A DNA stretch of 63,961 bases, the filler included, from Octopus bimaculoides (Eukaryota), in the NCBI RefSeq assembly GCF_001194135.2. It is 10 parts of 9 records of this genome, joined end to end, with 100 filler letters (N's around TTAATTAATTAA, not from the genome) between each part and the next. Parts side by side here need not be neighbours in the genome. Positions count along the whole stretch, not along the records: positions 61,940 to 63,961 come from NW_026418408.1; 9 more parts are not named here. One strand, given 5' to 3'. Shown in pieces: positions 62,533 through 63,961 of this stretch. How positions within the stretch are numbered: the first letter of the stretch is position 1; the number at the start of each line of letters is the position of its first letter. The translations under genes and the position numbers were made by a program. The notes under the pieces are model-generated. The model made no database searches. It had not been told where the DNA came from and worked only from the letters and a program-made list of their open reading frames with translations.

Positions 62533-62649
62533 AAGTGACAAAGTTGTTGCCCGAAAGAAGCAGGTGAAGAAAAAGCAGAAAACCACAAAGATATTGGTAA
62601 GGAACATTCCTTTCCAGGCTAAGAAGAAAGAAATCCAAGAATTGTTTAG
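62533..62649 (+). CDS. RBM19: Exon of RNA-binding protein 19 (MRD1 orthologue), linker plus start of the last RRM
   Basis: SDKVVARKKQVKKKQKTTKILVRNIPFQAKKKEIQELF resembles human ARKKQVPRKQTTSKILVRNIPFQAHSREIRELF (recalled); acceptor TTTTATGTTTGCAG, donor AG/GTAAAT; 117 nt, phase 2-2. Confidence 0.88.
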
Positions 62650-62662
62650 GTAAATATATGCA

Positions 62663-62707
<45 letters not shown>

Positions 62708-63660
62708 NNNNNNNNNNNNNNNNNNNNNNNNNNNNNNNNNNNNNNNNNNNNNNNNNNNNNNNNNNNNNNNNNNNNNNNNNNNNNNNNNNNNNNNNNNNNN
62801 NNNNNNNNNNNNNNNNNNNNNNNNNNNNNNNNNNNNNNNNNNNNNNNNNNNNNNNNNNNNNNNNNNNNNNNNNNNNNNNNNNNNNNNNNNNNNNNNNNNN
62901 NNNNNNNNNNNNNNNNNNNNNNNNNNNNNNNNNNNNNNNNNNNNNNNNNNNNNNNNNNNNNNNNNNNNNNNNNNNNNNNNNNNNNNNNNNNNNNNNNNNN
63001 NNNNNNNNNNNNNNNNNNNNNNNNNNNNNNNNNNNNNNNNNNNNNNNNNNNNNNNNNNNNNNNNNNNNNNNNNNNNNNNNNNNNNNNNNNNNNNNNNNNN
63101 NNNNNNNNNNNNNNNNNNNNNNNNNNNNNNNNNNNNNNNNNNNNNNNNNNNNNNNNNNNNNNNNNNNNNNNNNNNNNNNNNNNNNNNNNNNNNNNNNNNN
63201 NNNNNNNNNNNNNNNNNNNNNNNNNNNNNNNNNNNNNNNNNNNNNNNNNNNNNNNNNNNNNNNNNNNNNNNNNNNNNNNNNNNNNNNNNNNNNNNNNNNN
63301 NNNNNNNNNNNNNNNNNNNNNNNNNNNNNNNNNNNNNNNNNNNNNNNNNNNNNNNNNNNNNNNNNNNNNNNNNNNNNNNNNNNNNNNNNNNNNNNNNNNN
63401 NNNNNNNNNNNNNNNNNNNNNNNNNNNNNNNNNNNNNNNNNNNNNNNNNNNNNNNNNNNNNNNNNNNNNNNNNNNNNNNNNNNNNNNNNNNNNNNNNNNN
63501 NNNNNNNNNNNNNNNNNNNNNNNNNNNNNNNNNNNNNNNNNNNNNNNNNNNNNNNNNNNNNNNNNNNNNNNNNNNNNNNNNNNNNNNNNNNNNNNNNNNN
63601 NNNNNNNNNNNNNNNNNNNNNNNNNNNNNNNNATTTATATTTGTATATATATATACATAT

Positions 63661-63961
63661 AGGTGCAGGAGTGGCTGTGTGGTAAGTAGCTTGCTTACCA
63701 ACCACATGGTTCCGGGTTCATTTCCACTGCGTGGCACCTTGGGCAAGTGTCTTCTACTATAGCTTCGGGCCGACCAAAGCCTTGTGAGTGGATTTGGTAG
63801 ACGGAAACTGAAAGAAGCCTGTCGTATATATATGTATGTGTGTGTATATGTTTGTGTGTCTGTGTTTGTGTCCCCACCCCAACATCGCTTGACAACCGAT
63901 GGTGGTGTGTCTATGTCCCCGTAACTTTGCGGTTCGGCAAAAGAGACCGATAGAATAAGTA
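63661..63961 (+). mobile_element. SINE family A, running off the window end
   Basis: Intact head AGGTGCAGGAGTGGCTGTGTGGTAAG; internal (TA)/(TG) tract. Confidence 0.92.

Overview
Repeat-dense, AT-rich animal genomic DNA from a draft assembly with many N gaps, nine of them carrying a TTAATTAATTAA spacer. The SINE families and the heavy microsatellite load suggest a cephalopod, probably Octopus; this is inference and was not checked by search. Most ORF-track entries are artefacts of microsatellites or N runs. One host exon is clearly recognisable: RBM19/MRD1, start of the last RRM, 62533-62649 (+). Weaker candidates are a signal-peptide exon plus a chitin-binding (CBM14)-like exon (15598-18249) and a three-exon unidentified frame (47358-52476). 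The rest is a mosaic of decayed mobile elements: R4/Dong-like and a second restriction-endonuclease-type LINE, Tx1/L1, RTE, Penelope-like elements, a Ty3/Gypsy, mariner/Tc1/maT, piggyBac, several MITEs and at least five SINE-like families. The most unusual observations are: a Merlin-like MITE (37-bp perfect TIRs, 8-bp TSD) built around back-to-back telomeric repeats; a set of retroposons tied to (TAA)n tracts, including a non-coding ~520-bp element; a 121-bp-arm hairpin with hammerhead-like motifs; a Cys-deficient CBM14-like exon; and sharp CpG-decay domains. No rRNA gene, true tRNA gene or CRISPR array was seen.
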